Below, piece after piece: positions 1 through 12,631 of a DNA stretch of 64,000 nt (its first letter is position 1; each line of letters begins with the position of its first letter). The notes beneath the pieces were generated by a model that saw only the letters and a program-made list of their open reading frames with translations, did no database searches and was not told where the DNA came from. The stretch is taken from the NCBI RefSeq assembly GCF_004010195.1, contig NC_057723.1:31211654-31275653 (forward strand), read 5' to 3'. Source of the stretch: Chiloscyllium plagiosum. Lineage: Eukaryota. Made by a program: the position numbers and the translations under genes.

Positions 1-290
1 GCTCCTTCATTAGGAAGCTAGTGGGGCAGGATCATAGGACACAGAATTTACAGTAAAGGATCAAAGCGTCATACAACTGATGTGCTGTATTGAATAAACC
101 TAGATTGCTGTTGAGTTTTAATCACTTAGAATGTGTTGCAGGTTTCAATTGATTAATATGTAAATCCCAGAACTTCTTTCAAGTCACATTCCCGAAACAA
201 CTTAAGGTTTTATAAAAATAAGGTGACATATCTGCACAGATGATGCATCAAAGGTGTGAGGTTAGAGTCTGTCTGTATCCTAACCTTGAG
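1..290 (-). mobile_element. Penelope-like element (family B) terminal fragment
   Basis: Reverse complement matches 2370-2595 (GAAAGAAGTTCTGGGATTTACATAT...AGGAGC); the hammerhead region is cut by the window start. Confidence 0.65.
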
Positions 291-537
291 TCAGAGTCAG
301 AGTCACAGAGATGTCACGAAAACGGACCCTTTGGTTCAACTCATCCATGCCAACCAGATATCCTAACCTAATTTAGTTCCGTTTGCCAGCACTTGGCCCA
401 TATCCCTCTAAACCCTTGCTGTTCATATACCCATTCAGATGCCTTTTAAATGTTGCAATTGTACCAGCCTCCACCACATCCTCTGGCAGTTCATTCCATA
501 CATGCACCACCCTCTGCATGAAAAAGTTGCCCCTTAG

Positions 538-1869
538 ACAATAGACAATTGGTGCAGGAATAGGCCATTCTGCCCTTCGAGCCTGCACCACCATTCATTA
601 TGATCATGGCTGATCATCCTCAATCAGTATTCTGTTCCTGCCTGATCTCCATAACCCTTGATTCCACTATCCTTGAGAGCTCTGTCCAACTCTTTCTTAA
701 ATGAATCCAGAGACTGGGCCTCCACTTCCTTTTGGGGCAGAGCATTCCACACACCCACTACTCTCTGGGTGAAGAAGTTTCTCCTCATCTCTGTCCTAAA
801 TGGCCTACCCCTTATTTTTAAGCTGTGTCCTCTGGTTTGGCACTCACCCATCAGCGGAAACATGTTTCCTGCCTCCAGGGTGTCCAATCCTTTAATAATC
901 TTACACNNNNNNNNNNNNNNNNNNNNNNNNNNNNNNNNNNNNNNNNNNNNNNNNNNNNNNNNNNNNNNNNNNNNNNNNNNNNNNNNNNNNNNNNNNNNNN
1001 NNNNNNNNNNNNNNNNNNNNNNNNNNNNNNNNNNNNNNNNNNNNNNNNNNNNNNNNNNNNNNNNNNNNNNNNNNNNNNNNNNNNNNNNNNNNNNNNNNNN
1101 NNNNNNNNNNNNNNNNNNNNNNNNNNNNNNNNNNNNNNNNNNNNNNNNNNNNNNNNNNNNNNNNNNNNNNNNNNNNNNNNNNNNNNNNNNNNNNNNNNNN
1201 NNNNNNNNNNNNNNNNNNNNNNNNNNNNNNNNNNNNNNNNNNNNNNNNNNNNNNNNNNNNNNNNNNNNNNNNNNNNNNNNNNNNNNNNNNNNNNNNNNNN
1301 NNNNNNNNNNNNNNNNNNNNNNNNNNNNNNNNNNNNNNNNNNNNNNNNNNNNNNNNNNNNNNNNNNNNNNNNNNNNNNNNNNNNNNNNNNNNNNNNNNNN
1401 NNNNNNNNNNNNNNNNNNNNNNNNNNNNNNNNNNNNNNNNNNNNNNNNNNNNNNNNNNNNNNNNNNNNNNNNNNNNNNNNNNNNNNNNNNNNNNNNNNNN
1501 NNNNNNNNNNNNNNNNNNNNNNNNNNNNNNNNNNNNNNNNNNNNNNNNNNNNNNNNNNNNNNNNNNNNNNNNNNNNNNNNNNNNTAATTTCATCCTTTAT
1601 AATTGACTCCAGCATCTTTCCCACCACTGAGGTCAGACTAACTGGTCTATAATTTCCTGCTTTCTCTCTTGCTCCTTTCTTAAAAAGTGGTACAACATGA
1701 GCCACCCTCCAATCCGCAGGAACTGATCCTGAATCTATCGAACTCTGGAAAATAATTACCAACGCATCCACGATTTCTAGAGGTACCTTCTTTAGTACCC
1801 TGGGATGTAGACCATCAGGCTCCGGGAACGTATCAGCCTTCAGACCTAACAGTCTCTCCAACGCCAATT
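538..1869 (-). mobile_element. CR1 LINE of a different subfamily, nested in the first and spanning the gap
   Basis: RT-upstream motif PDGLHPRVLK...NYRPVSLTSVVGKMLE (1585-1867); C-terminus TRGHSLKIRG...FFTQRVV (624-887); TAGACAA tail repeat; CCTTAG on both sides. Confidence 0.9.
907..1584. other. Assembly gap (678 N)
   Basis: Run of N. Confidence 1.
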
Positions 1870-2004
1870 CCTTAGCTCCTTTTTATATCTTTCCCCTCTC
1901 ATCCTAACCTATGTCTTCTAGTTCTGGACTCCTCCACTTCAGGGAAAAGACTTTGTCTTCTATTTCCAAAGTAAAAATTTATAAAATGTCACATGGAATG
2001 TAGA

Positions 2005-2200
2005 CAAAAGTGAGTACTGCAGATGCTGGAGATTAGAGTCAAGAATGTGGTGCTGGAAAAGTATAGCAGGTCAGGCAGCATCTGAGGAGCAGGAAAATTG
2101 ATGTGTTGGGCAAAAGCCCTTCATCAGGAAAAAGAAATGTGCACTGATTAACTTCCTGATGAAGGGCTTTTGCCCGAAATGTTGATTTTCCTGCTCCTGT
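2005..2200. mobile_element. PLE-derived inverted-repeat element (family A), older copy
   Basis: Inverted arms GGGCAAAAGCCCTTCATCAGG / CCTGATGAAGGGCTTTTGCCCGAAATGTT; same left extension (CTGCAGATGCTGGAGAT) as the 12632 and 23138 copies. Confidence 0.8.
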
Positions 2201-2695
2201 TATGTGTGCTTGATAGAGTCTGCGCATGAGTGTGACAGAGTACATGTCTATAAGAGGGTGTGCACGTGAATATGCAACTGTGTATGTGTGTGTATGAGAG
2301 AGAGTCTGTGTGAGTGTGATCGTGTGTAAGAGTGTGTGTATGCATGTGCGTGTGAGTGCGTAGTGTAATCTCAGGATTAAAAAAAAGGTGACATTTTAGC
2401 TCAGGATTGTGACTTGAAAGAAGTTCTGGGATTTACATATAATTTGAAACCTGCATCCCGATTCTAAGTAATTAAAGACTTAACAGCAATTTAAGTTTGT
2501 TCAATACATTGCATCAGTTGTATGACACTTTGATCTTTTACTTTAAATTCTGTGTCCTATGATCATGCCCCACTCACTACATGATGAAGGAGCAGTGGTT
2601 TGAAAGCTAGTGCTTCCAAATAAACTTGTTGGACTATAACCTGTTGTTGTTTTAACTTTGTCCACCCCAGTCCAACATGGGCACCTCCACATCAT
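2200..2695 (+). mobile_element. PLE family B 3' region with a GT-rich microsatellite
   Basis: Degenerate (GT)n at 2227-2362; ATGATGAAGGAGCAGTGGTTTGAAAGCTAGTG at 2581; shares its 3' sequence with the 15503 element. Confidence 0.7.
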
Positions 2696-2984
2696 GTTTC
2701 AATACAGTCACCTTTCATTCTTGTAAACCTGAATGAGTACAGGCCCAATTTACTCATCCTCTCCTCAGCCTTGAGAATTTTCTCTGGACTGCCTATAATG
2801 CCAGTATTAGAACTGTTTCCAGAATTACAGTTATTGTCTAAATATTGCCTTATATACTGTTAGCAGCATCTCTCTATTTTTATACTCCATCCGCATTGAA
2901 TAGATAGGCTACATTCCATTCACCTTCCCTGTTACATGCTGAACTTGTATGTTAGCTTTTTAAGATTTATGCACAAGAACCCTT

Positions 2985-4280
2985 TATAGAGGCAAAAATT
3001 GATTAGGGATAGTCTGCATGCTTTGAGCAAGGAAAATCACGCCTCACAAAATTGATTGAGTTTTTTTGAGAAAGTTACCATAAAGATTGATGAGGGTGGA
3101 GCAGTAGACATTATTTATTAGGACTTTAGTAAAGCCTTCGAAAAGGTTCTGCATACTGGACAAATTAGTAAAATTAGGTAACTTGGGATTTAGGATGAGC
3201 TTGCCAATTGGATACATAATTGGTTTAATGGCAGGAGACAGAGAGTGGTGGTTGAGGGTTGCTTTTTGGACTGGAGGCCTGTCACCAGCAGTGTTTCACA
3301 TGGATTGGTTCTAGGTTCTCTATTGTTTTGTCACCTTTATAAATGATTTGGGTGAGATTATAGAAGGTTAGTAAATTTGTGGACGACACTAAAGTTGGTG
3401 GCATATTAGACAAGCAAAAAGGTTCTCTAAGATTGCAAAGGGATCTTGATCAAATAGGTCAACAGGCTGAAAATGGCAGAAGGAGTTCAATCTGGATAAA
3501 TGTGTGGTATTGTATTTTGGTACAACAAACAAGGATAGGGCTTATACATTAAATGGTAGCACCTTGGGTAGTGTTGTACAACAGAGGAATCTAGGGTTCA
3601 GGTACATAATTCTTTCAAGTTTGTGTCACATACAAACAGGATGGTTAAAAAGGCATTTGGCACGCTTGCCTTTATTGTTCAGTCCATTGAATATAGGAGT
3701 TGGTAAGTCACGTTGAGTTTGTACAGGACATTCATGAGGCCTCTTCTGGAAAACTGTGTCCAGTTCTGGTCAACCAGTTATAGGAAGGATATTATTAAGC
3801 TGGAGAGGGTTCAGAAGAGACTTACCAGAATGTATGAAAAGTTTGAGTTATAAAGAATGACAGGATAGGCTGGGACTTCTTTGACCGGGGCATAGGAGGT
3901 TGAGAGGTGACCTTATAGAAGTTTATAAAATAATGAGGGGTACGGAGAGAATTAATGGTAATTGTCTTTTCCTTCAGATGGGCGATTCCAAGACTGAGTG
4001 GTACATTTTTTAAGTGAGAGGAGAGAGATTTAAAAAAAATATATGATGGTCAATTTTTTTATACAGAAGGTGGTTCATTGTGGAATGAACTTCTTGAGGA
4101 AGTGGTGGATGTGGGTACAATTACAACATTTAAAAGACATTTGAATAAGTACACAAATAGGAAAGATTTGGAGGGATATGGACCAGGAGCAGGCAGGTGA
4201 GACTAGCTTCATTTGAGATTATGTTTGGCATGGACTGGTTGAATTGAAGGGTTTGCTTCAATGCTGTTTGACTCTGTGAC
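2985..4280 (+). mobile_element. CR1 LINE, 5'-truncated RT to 3' end, decayed
   Basis: DFSKAF, FVDDTK and KLERVQ motifs with frameshifts; GACTCTGTGA tail. Confidence 0.9.
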
Positions 4281-4359
4281 CTCGAAACCAGATTGTAGTC
4301 ATCAGGGGGCTTTTATTGTTATTGTTGCTCCAAGAGAAAATGCACACAGAATCAATGAA

Positions 4360-4450
4360 ACCATTCTGAGAAAGGGTCACTCGACCTGAAATGTTAACTC
4401 TGATTTCTCTCCACTGCCGAACTTTTCCAGCAATCTCTGCTTTTGTTATC
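4360..4450 (+). mobile_element. PLE family C terminal fragment with a degenerate hammerhead
   Basis: CTGAGAAAGGGTCACTCGACCTGAAATGTTAACTCTG...TTTTCCAGCAAT. Confidence 0.6.
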
Positions 4451-5870
4451 AATTAAACCTATCTCCTTTATATAAAGTTCAAAGCTGAGGAGCTTTCATT
4501 ATGACATCCATAATCCAAATAAAGTGTTCAAAGTAAAGGATATAACTGGCTTGGTATTTGGAGGCCATGAGAGTTGGCTTAAACTTATTTGATGCTTTTT
4601 TCTCATCCTCTGTAATTTCAACCAAAGAACAGTAGAGACTGGGAAGTTTATCCATGTGGATTAAAGGAGATTTAGCTCCTGCTTCACTTAAAATAAACAG
4701 CAGTAAGTGAGGTAGAATTTCTGTGAGGTTACTGAGCATTTCCATTAGCTTTCAGCAAAAGATTGGCAGAAATTCTGGATGAATGGCAAGAACATTGCAA
4801 TGAGTGAAGTATCAACTTATTCCAGTGGTGCAGAATAATAATATTGTATGTTGCATCACTGAGTGTTACAGTGAACTTTTGGCAGTTTGTTACGGTCCCA
4901 AACACTGCTTGGACTCATTTCCAGTGCACATGGTAAAATAGACTTAGATACAGCATGGAGAAACTGGAGGGCAAATGTCACTAACTGAGCTCTGGTGGAT
5001 TTTAATACCTCTGGTTCAAGAGAAACATCTTTCCCCCTCCCATACCTGTCCCATCCACCACCATCCACTTCAGGCATCATATATAAGAAATGAAGAGAAT
5101 TATCAAGAAGGGGAAGACTAAAAAGATGCAACCCAAAAATTGGGAAGAAAAAGAAATGTCTATCTACATCTGTTGTATTGAGGAACAGGGAATGGAAGGT
5201 GGAGAAAGAGAACATCTGTGAGGTAGAATCACTGGCTTCAGAAAGCTCAACACAGTAATGAATATAACAGCAAAAGATGTTACAATTTGAATAGAACAGA
5301 GTGCTTTCTCCCAATGTTACATATCGAATAGTTCACATCAGTCTGATTGTTATTCATGACAAAATTTCTACACTTGCTTTGTGCAATCACAGATAAGAAA
5401 TGAAGCAGCTTTATTGAAGTGTAGGCTTGCCATCTGTCATATATACTAGGCATCAAAATGATTACATTGCAATTAGCTTTGCTATGATGCAGATTTTGAG
5501 CTTAGAATCCCCCTACTGGGTGGTTTGGTATTAACAGAGTTAATAGAAAAGTCACTGCTCGTCATGTGTTGGCTAGATAAATCAACAGATGACAATTATA
5601 CATACATCAAGATTTCAGGAGTAATGCACTGGAATGCCAAATTACTGCTTGAATCAATTAGAGAATGTTTTAATCACATGCTGAATATAGTCATATCTTT
5701 TTGCTGTTTGCTTTCAAAGTAATTTTATTTTTAATTTAGTAGACATAAATCTTTATAATATGGTATACAAGATTTTTAACTCCTTTGAATTAGCTTAAGA
5801 GCCTTTGATTTATGTAATACACTCTGTCCGAATGCTGTAAAATTTCAGAAGTAACTTCACTTTATATGGT

Positions 5871-6169
5871 GGGCGGCACAGTGGCACAGTGGTTAGCACT
5901 GCTGCCTCACAGCGCCAGAGACCCGGATTCATTTCCCGCCTCAGGCCACTGTGTGGAGTTTGCACGTTGTCTGCGTGGGTTTCCTCCAGGTGCTCCGGTT
6001 TCCTTCCACAGTCCAAAGATGTGCAGGTCAGGTGAATTGGCCATGCTAAATTGCCTGTAGTGTTAGGTAAGGGTTAAATGTAGGGGTATGGGTGGGTTGT
6101 GCTTCGGCGGGGCGGTGTGGACTTGTTGGGCCGAAGGGCCTGTTTCCACACTGTAAGTAATCTAAAAAA
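5871..6169 (+). mobile_element. HE1-type tRNA-derived SINE, full length
   Basis: GGGCGGCACAGTGGCACAGTGGTTAGCACTGCTGCCTCACAG tRNA-like head; CR1-like 3' end (CCGAAGGGCCTGTTTCC); TSD ATATGGT at 5864-5870 and 6170-6176. Confidence 0.9.
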
Positions 6170-6724
6170 ATATGGTTCTGCAATCCTTTTGAACATGTGC
6201 CTATTCACTTCCACAAAAACAAACTGCAAAGAATATTTATCCAATCTATTTTGATTAATATTTGCTGTGAAGTTAACTTTATAGTTTCCTCTCCTCTCAG
6301 CCACTGACTGCCAAAACTTCCTTGAACATTTTTTTGGTTATTGCCAAGTTTGGTTGTTCTTTTTGTTTCCTTTAGCTGAACAGTTTTGGATTAATAAGGA
6401 TGATTTTTTTTCTACAATTTTCTTCACCTACTAAGTGAACTGAATGGTTACAAGTTCTGTGGAAATTAGTCTGAATATTTTTGTTTCTCTTGTGATATTT
6501 TTAAGGTCAGCCACAATCTTAATAAGTGTTACTAAAGCTTTTGATTGCTAAAAGCTTCAGAGATTTCATGGCTCCATGAATCATCTCTTTTAATGGTTTC
6601 ACCTTATTGTACTGAATGCTTAATATTCCAGCAATGATGTTATTAGGGTATATTATTGAAAAATGCTAATCTTTATCATTTATGAACTATTTTAAACAAA
6701 TTGAGATATTTAAAACATGCAACA

Positions 6725-7250
6725 AAAAAAACCAAAGAACTGTGGATACTGCGAAATCATAAATAAAAACTGAAAATGCTGGAAATTGAATAGGAAAAGT
6801 TTGGAGGGATATGGGCCAGGAGCAGGAAGGTGGGACTAGTTTAGTTTGGAATTATGTTCAGTATGGACTAGTTGGACCGAAGGGTCTGTTTCCATGCTCT
6901 ATGATTCTATGACCGTGTAACCCTATAACTCATCAGGTCTGACAGCATGTTTGGAGGCAAACAGAGTTAATTTTTGGGGTCCAATGACCTTTCTTCAGAT
7001 CTGTAGAAGAACCATTTCGAAAATGGGTCACTGGACTCGAAACATTAACAGGAATTGCTGGAAAAATTCAGTAAGTCTGGCAGCATCTGTGAAGAGAAAG
7101 CAGAGTTAATGTTTGGAGTCCAATGACCTTTTTTCAACTCTGTAGAAGAACCATTTGTAGAAGGGTCACTGGACTCAAAACATTAACTCTGCTTTCTCTC
7201 CACAGATGCTACCAGACTTACTGAGTTTTTTCCAGCAATTTCTGTTTCTG
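6725..7250. mobile_element. PLE family C duplicated palindrome, with a CR1 3' end inserted at 6787-6912
   Basis: Two inverted units built on GGGTCACTGGACTC-like hairpins, and the AACTCTGCTTTCTCTCCACAGATGCT arm. Confidence 0.7.
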
Positions 7251-8859
7251 TGGAATGAAAATGTTCATTTTACTTGGCTTGTCATTACTTTTATCTCTCT
7301 TTTTTTCTACTTGAAAGTGGGTTTGGATTAATTTAAAGAGAAATAATTTCTTTCACAATTTCACAGTCACTGTATTTATTCCTTAAGGCATTGCATGCTC
7401 TTACTTGTGAATCCAATACTTCTTAGGAGCGTTACATCCGTGACTAGTCTCCATCTGCTGGATATATGGAGTTATGTATGCTTTAACACTACATCCTCCT
7501 TTTCTTTCAGAAGGTAAATGCTCAGCAGCTTCAAAACTCAGTTGCTAAATCGCCTGACTTGTGAAATATTTACTAGATAATAAATAACCAATGCTGTGAA
7601 TACTGAAGTTAATTTTTTTGCTAGCATGATCTTGGCACAATGCTTCTTCTGCTCTGAGAGCAGGAAGTCACACAGCCCATAATTTTATATTATGAGTTCG
7701 ACATATGCTTCCCCCATGGTGGGTGTGGCTCCATGCCAAGAGTGTGGAAGTGGAAAATTTCCTCTTAAATTTCTAAAACAAATCATAACTACAAATAATA
7801 ATACTAAAACCACATTCTCTGTCACACACATTAAGAACCTTACTGTCAACCCCACTACTGTGTTCCATATGTAAGATATTTAATGACTATACATAGACAA
7901 ATTAGCCTTTAACTTTCCTAAATGCCTCCTCAAGATCTACCTCTTTGCTCATCCTTTTTAGGAACATTCTTAGTAATTCTCATTTCCCAGTTGCCCGACA
8001 CGTCATTACTTTCGGCAAAGTCTTTTGGCATATTTACAACATTAAAACTGCTACATAAAGGCAAACTGTTGTTGTCCAGTGAAGAAAAAGTAATCTGGAT
8101 TCCTGGTCATGAGTCTCTATTTAGTCAGAAGATTGAACACAACACATCACATTTTGTTTAATAAAACGGTGTTAATTGACACCACATGATAAGCTCTCCC
8201 CATTAGGAAATAAAGGAATTTGAGGGAGGAGTGAATCATCTAGGTTCAATACCAGTTCTAGTTCTCAGCTGGACGCTCGTCAGTAAATTCTATGTAACGA
8301 ATCAGATATGCAGACTTACACTTGTGTTTAGCCTGAGCTCTTACAAGATGTAACAAGAATTCCATACTACAAAGACTTTGTGTGGGCATTGTTATCAGTA
8401 ATTAAGTATAAGAAGGCTCGGTGGAAGTGAATCTATCCAAAGCATTTTAGATGGTGCCAGTGGACGTCAACTCAACTTCTACCATTTGTTTTGATGAAAT
8501 TCTGTTGTTAAAAAATGCTAAGAGAAGAGAAATTACAGGAAGGTAGCTGGAAAGTTTTCCTTTCTGGAATTTTTAAAAAGCAGGTTTTTTAAAAAATAGT
8601 TATCACAGAAACATATTAATATGTAATCAGAAAGGCATATCACCACCTCAATCAATTTAAATCTTGCTTCTGCTTCAAGTTTCAAGAACAGAGTACAAAT
8701 TAATCATATATTCAGAGGCCAAGTATTTCTTACCAATTATACTGCCAGGATTCACTCTTGTTGAAATTTGATCTTAAAATCTCTTTTTAAAGTTAAAGTT
8801 CTGAGACAGACTTTACATTATTATATTGCCAGCAGGGAGTGAATGTGAAGAGCTTCCAT

Positions 8860-9150
8860 TCCTTGGGTGGGGGAGTCCAAAACTAGAGGGCATAGATTTA
8901 AAGTGAGAGGGGAAAGATTTAATAAGGACCTGAGGGGCAATTTTTTCACAGAGAGGTTGTTACATGGAACGAGCTGCCAATGGACATGGTAGAGACAGGT
9001 ACAATTATAAATTTAAAAGATATTTGGACAGGTCTATGAACAGGAAGGTTTAAAGGGATCTGGGCTAAATGCAGGCAAATGGGACTAATTCAACTTGGGA
9101 AGTCTGGTCAAGTTAGACCGAAAGGTCTGCTTCTGTGCTGTACAACTCAA
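8860..9150 (+). mobile_element. CR1 3' end fragment
   Basis: ACTAGAGGGCATAG...GACCTGAGGGGCAATTTTTTCACAGAG and the CR1 3' UTR. Confidence 0.85.
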
Positions 9151-10599
9151 CAGAGGATAGATGTCCTGAGGTCATGCTTTGAAGAGTTCAGTGTGTGTTT
9201 TTCTAAAATGTAAAACTCAGAACAGTACAATGTTTATATTTTCAGGAAATGTGTGAATGCATAAAATATGACCAGTGTATTAGATTCCACTGTTTTATAA
9301 TGATACATCTATTGTTTCTTTGTTAAAGCTAGTCCACAACACCTCTTCTAGTTTACGCAAATACAAGTTGCAATACTGTAATTCAATGTTTATAGTCCAC
9401 TTAATTATTCCTTTGTTTGCCCCATGATGTGATGGTGAATACCTTTTCCAATTGCCATAGTACTTTCCAGATAATTATTAATGAACAGAGTTCTAAATAG
9501 AAATCAGAACTTAGTTCACTTACATGAATCTAGTTGCATTATGTTGGATTAGCTACCAAACTGATGTATAGTTTGAATGGCAACATATTTAAAATTTTGC
9601 TTTGCACAAAATTGAATTATAGAATCAAAGAGTATCTGCTTCCAAAGGTGCCAAATTCTGAAATATAATTTCATGTTTTACATCAAAGCAAGTAATTGCA
9701 TTTTCTCTTTGGATAATGCCTTGGGTCTCATTGCATTGCACCACCTACTCTGCACTCATATCTAAATAAACAGCATGAATACAGAGGACAGAACCTGAGC
9801 AACAATTGATTCCCATGCTTTAATATTTGGATGTCATGACACTGTATAACCTCACTTTAGTGTATTTGGATTACTTTTACAACTTAGATCTGAAGATGCC
9901 ACAGTAAGAGAGAAGAGAATGGTGCAGGCTGGCTGGCTAATGTCACAGATCACAGAGCTGCTGTCATTTGAGTGTGAATTTGATACACTTCTTTATTGGA
10001 ATGTGCAGTTAGTCCAGAACTGACAGGCTTCAAAAAATCCAAGAATTTCATCTTTCAGTCTTAGTTAGAGATATCCATGCTCTCAAGAGTGAGCTGCTTC
10101 CTAAACTACGACTGTGATAATGGAACAGTACTGAAAATTACTTAATGGGACACTACATTGTGAAATTCATGACCATTCAGAATTCATGACCATTGAGTAT
10201 ATTCTATTTGAGATCATATGTAGGGAAATCTCACAGCTGCAAATGCTATTTTATTCTGATTTTCGAAATGCTTTCTTGGCTCTTCTTTATCAATTTGCAA
10301 TCTTGGTTTTTAGATTTACTTTAAATCAGTAGTAAATCTTCCCATTTGTCTCGTTAGAAAACTCATGTCTTCTGGTAAAATGTCACAGGATCAGCAATAA
10401 CAAATCTTCACTTGACCAGATTGTGATTCAAATTGAAGTAATGGCAATCACCATTCACCTCACTGATAGCTGCCCAAAAATATTTTGCAGACTTAAGAGC
10501 AGATTTGGCCAGTGATAATTCCTTACAAGTGATAAGGAGGAAAAATACAACATGTTTTTCAACATATCAGATGGAAAAATCCTCACTAAGATACACATA

Positions 10600-10755
10600 G
10601 TTACAATACTTAAAAGACATTTGGTCAGGTACATGGATAGGAAAGGTTCAAAGGGATATGGACCAAATTCAAGCAAATGGGACTAGTTCAGTTTAGAAAC
10701 CTAGTTAGCATGGATGAGTTAGGCCAATGGGCCTGTTAACTCTATGACTCTATAT
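10600..10755 (+). mobile_element. CR1 3' end fragment
   Basis: TTAAAAGACATTTGG...ACTCTATGACTCTAT tail. Confidence 0.8.
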
Positions 10756-10914
10756 GCCATAAAAGTTGGTTGCAGAATGCCATATGTTTAGAACCATTAG
10801 CACATCTGTATTTCCAAAATGTGATGCATAAACACTTTTTTTTTGCTGACCGCACCAATGCCATATTAGTGAGGGCATCACTGTGTTGCAGGCAGAAAGT
10901 ACTGGAATTAAGGA

Positions 10915-12070
10915 CAGAAATTGCTGTTCAGAACTACTGAAGGCTAGACTTGAAGCATAAACTTTGCATCTGTTAACAAATGCTGCCAGGTCTGTTGACT
11001 TTCTCCAGCAATTTCTGTTTTTGTTTCAGATCTACAGCATGCACAGTTCTTTGTTTTAATTTAGTGTTTAATTCACTGCCAGATCTCTTCCAAATATGCC
11101 CACTTTGAAAATGTTCTGCTCCTATCTCTGGCTGGATTTCCATTCTAACCTTTCTTCTTGTTAACTTTTGTTTTCTCTGCTAGTATTTGACAAAGTCATT
11201 GCCAAAACATACTTCCACAGCCACATCTCATTCTTCAGTAACTGCATCTGGCTCAGACTCACCCGATGTGGATTCCAACTGAAGTTTCACCCTTCATGTT
11301 TCGGATTCACCCAGGATTATAGGTACCTCTGTGATGTACAATGCTTCTCAGACAGCTGTTCACACATACCCTGAGATCTATACTCAGTGCCAAATGCCAT
11401 AATTTACACACTCTTGACCTATCTCCCTCCATTAGCACTGCTTCACACTATCACAGAGATGCCCAGCCCCTCTCAGTTCCATTTCATTATCTGGTTCATT
11501 CAACATTCTAACAAGAAACTTTTTCTCTGCCTTTCAGGCATTAAGGAACAAAAGTTGCAACAACGTAGAGGTACACACACCCTCTGGAACCTCACTCCCC
11601 TCCCTTTCCCAATGACTTTATTCTTTCTTCTAACTCCACTTCTTTTTGGGTATTTACTATCCCTGCTGACCTTCTGCTCTCTAATGTTGAATGTTCTGCA
11701 CTCATCAAAGATCTTAATTGTATCACTCTGTGTCCTCACCTCAATAAATTTCAGGCAAATCATGATGTTGAATTCTTCTCCCATTGCCACCACCTCTGTG
11801 TCCATTTCTTTGGACGGGAGTCCTCTCCCTATCTGACAGACCCCTTCACCTGTCTCCAACACTACCCCTCAACCTGGACCCCTCCCATGGGCTTCTACTC
11901 GCACTTTTCATAGATAGACATCAGTCATCTTACTTTCTCCACTCCCATCACCCATTCAAACATTTTCTCCTCTGAACTGACTGCAATTCATGACTTGGTC
12001 ATCACACCTGCTGGTGCGGTTGCTGTCTGGCATACTGACCTCTACGTTGTGGAAGCCAAATGCTAATTCG
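10915..12070 (+). mobile_element. Penelope-like element (family C): terminal repeat plus decayed ORF N-terminus
   Basis: KTYFHSHISFFSNC, SNVECSALIKDLNCITLCPHLNKF (cf. PLE LSxxExSVLSKGLSFxP) and ITPAGAVAVWHTDLY (cf. IKPADKGGAVVVW). Confidence 0.75.
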
Positions 12071-12631
12071 CAGGCTAAGGAAAAAAAAAGAGTAGCTGAA
12101 ATTCCAGGTAATTGGTGATCAAAACTGCAGAGACATAAGCTATAAAGGGGGCATATGTAAAATTCACACTTAGTGCTTCTGTAAGTGTTGGAGAGACAAA
12201 GGTAACACACCACCAATCTGAAATAACTAATCGTCCTTGACCAAGGCAAAGGCTATTGCGGAGTTTGCTCTATGTAGCCCATCTTCTTTCCTCTCTCTAA
12301 GTAAAGGAATTAGATGATTCCAATTTAATGTGATGCAGGAAATTGTCTCACAAGTCATTGGAGATCCTTGGAACACTGAAAGGGAACTTTCACATTTGCC
12401 TGGTGGAAAAAGATAAATGGATTAATGACCAAGATAATTCTGCAATCAATTATCCAGTTTAAGATAACAAGTTCATTGCATGGGAAAATTTAACAATCCT
12501 GTGTACTACTTACTGGGAAGCAGAATCACACCACTGAGATCATAAATGTTGGCAAGAAAATTCAGGCATCATGGTTTAGGTTTAGGCAAATGCTTTCTCA
12601 ACATTTCACTCATGTTCAAATGAGTACTTTG

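Larger units (their letters stand above)
291..1960 (-). mobile_element. CR1 LINE 3' end (291-537 and 1870-1960), interrupted by a second CR1
   Basis: ORF 373..594 LRGNFFMQRVVHVWNELPEDVVEAGT is a CR1 ORF2 C-terminus; GAGTCA-type tail repeat at ~288-310; the element resumes at 1870. Confidence 0.85.

Noticed and set aside
658-1867. Long ORFs of 230-338 aa
   Set aside because: Artefacts of reading through the N gap inside a CR1
4480-5330. Possible coding relic with ORFs on -
   Set aside because: No recognisable motif or splice structure, and stops interrupt the + frames I read
5871-5945. tRNA gene
   Set aside because: tRNA-derived SINE head continuing into the SINE body
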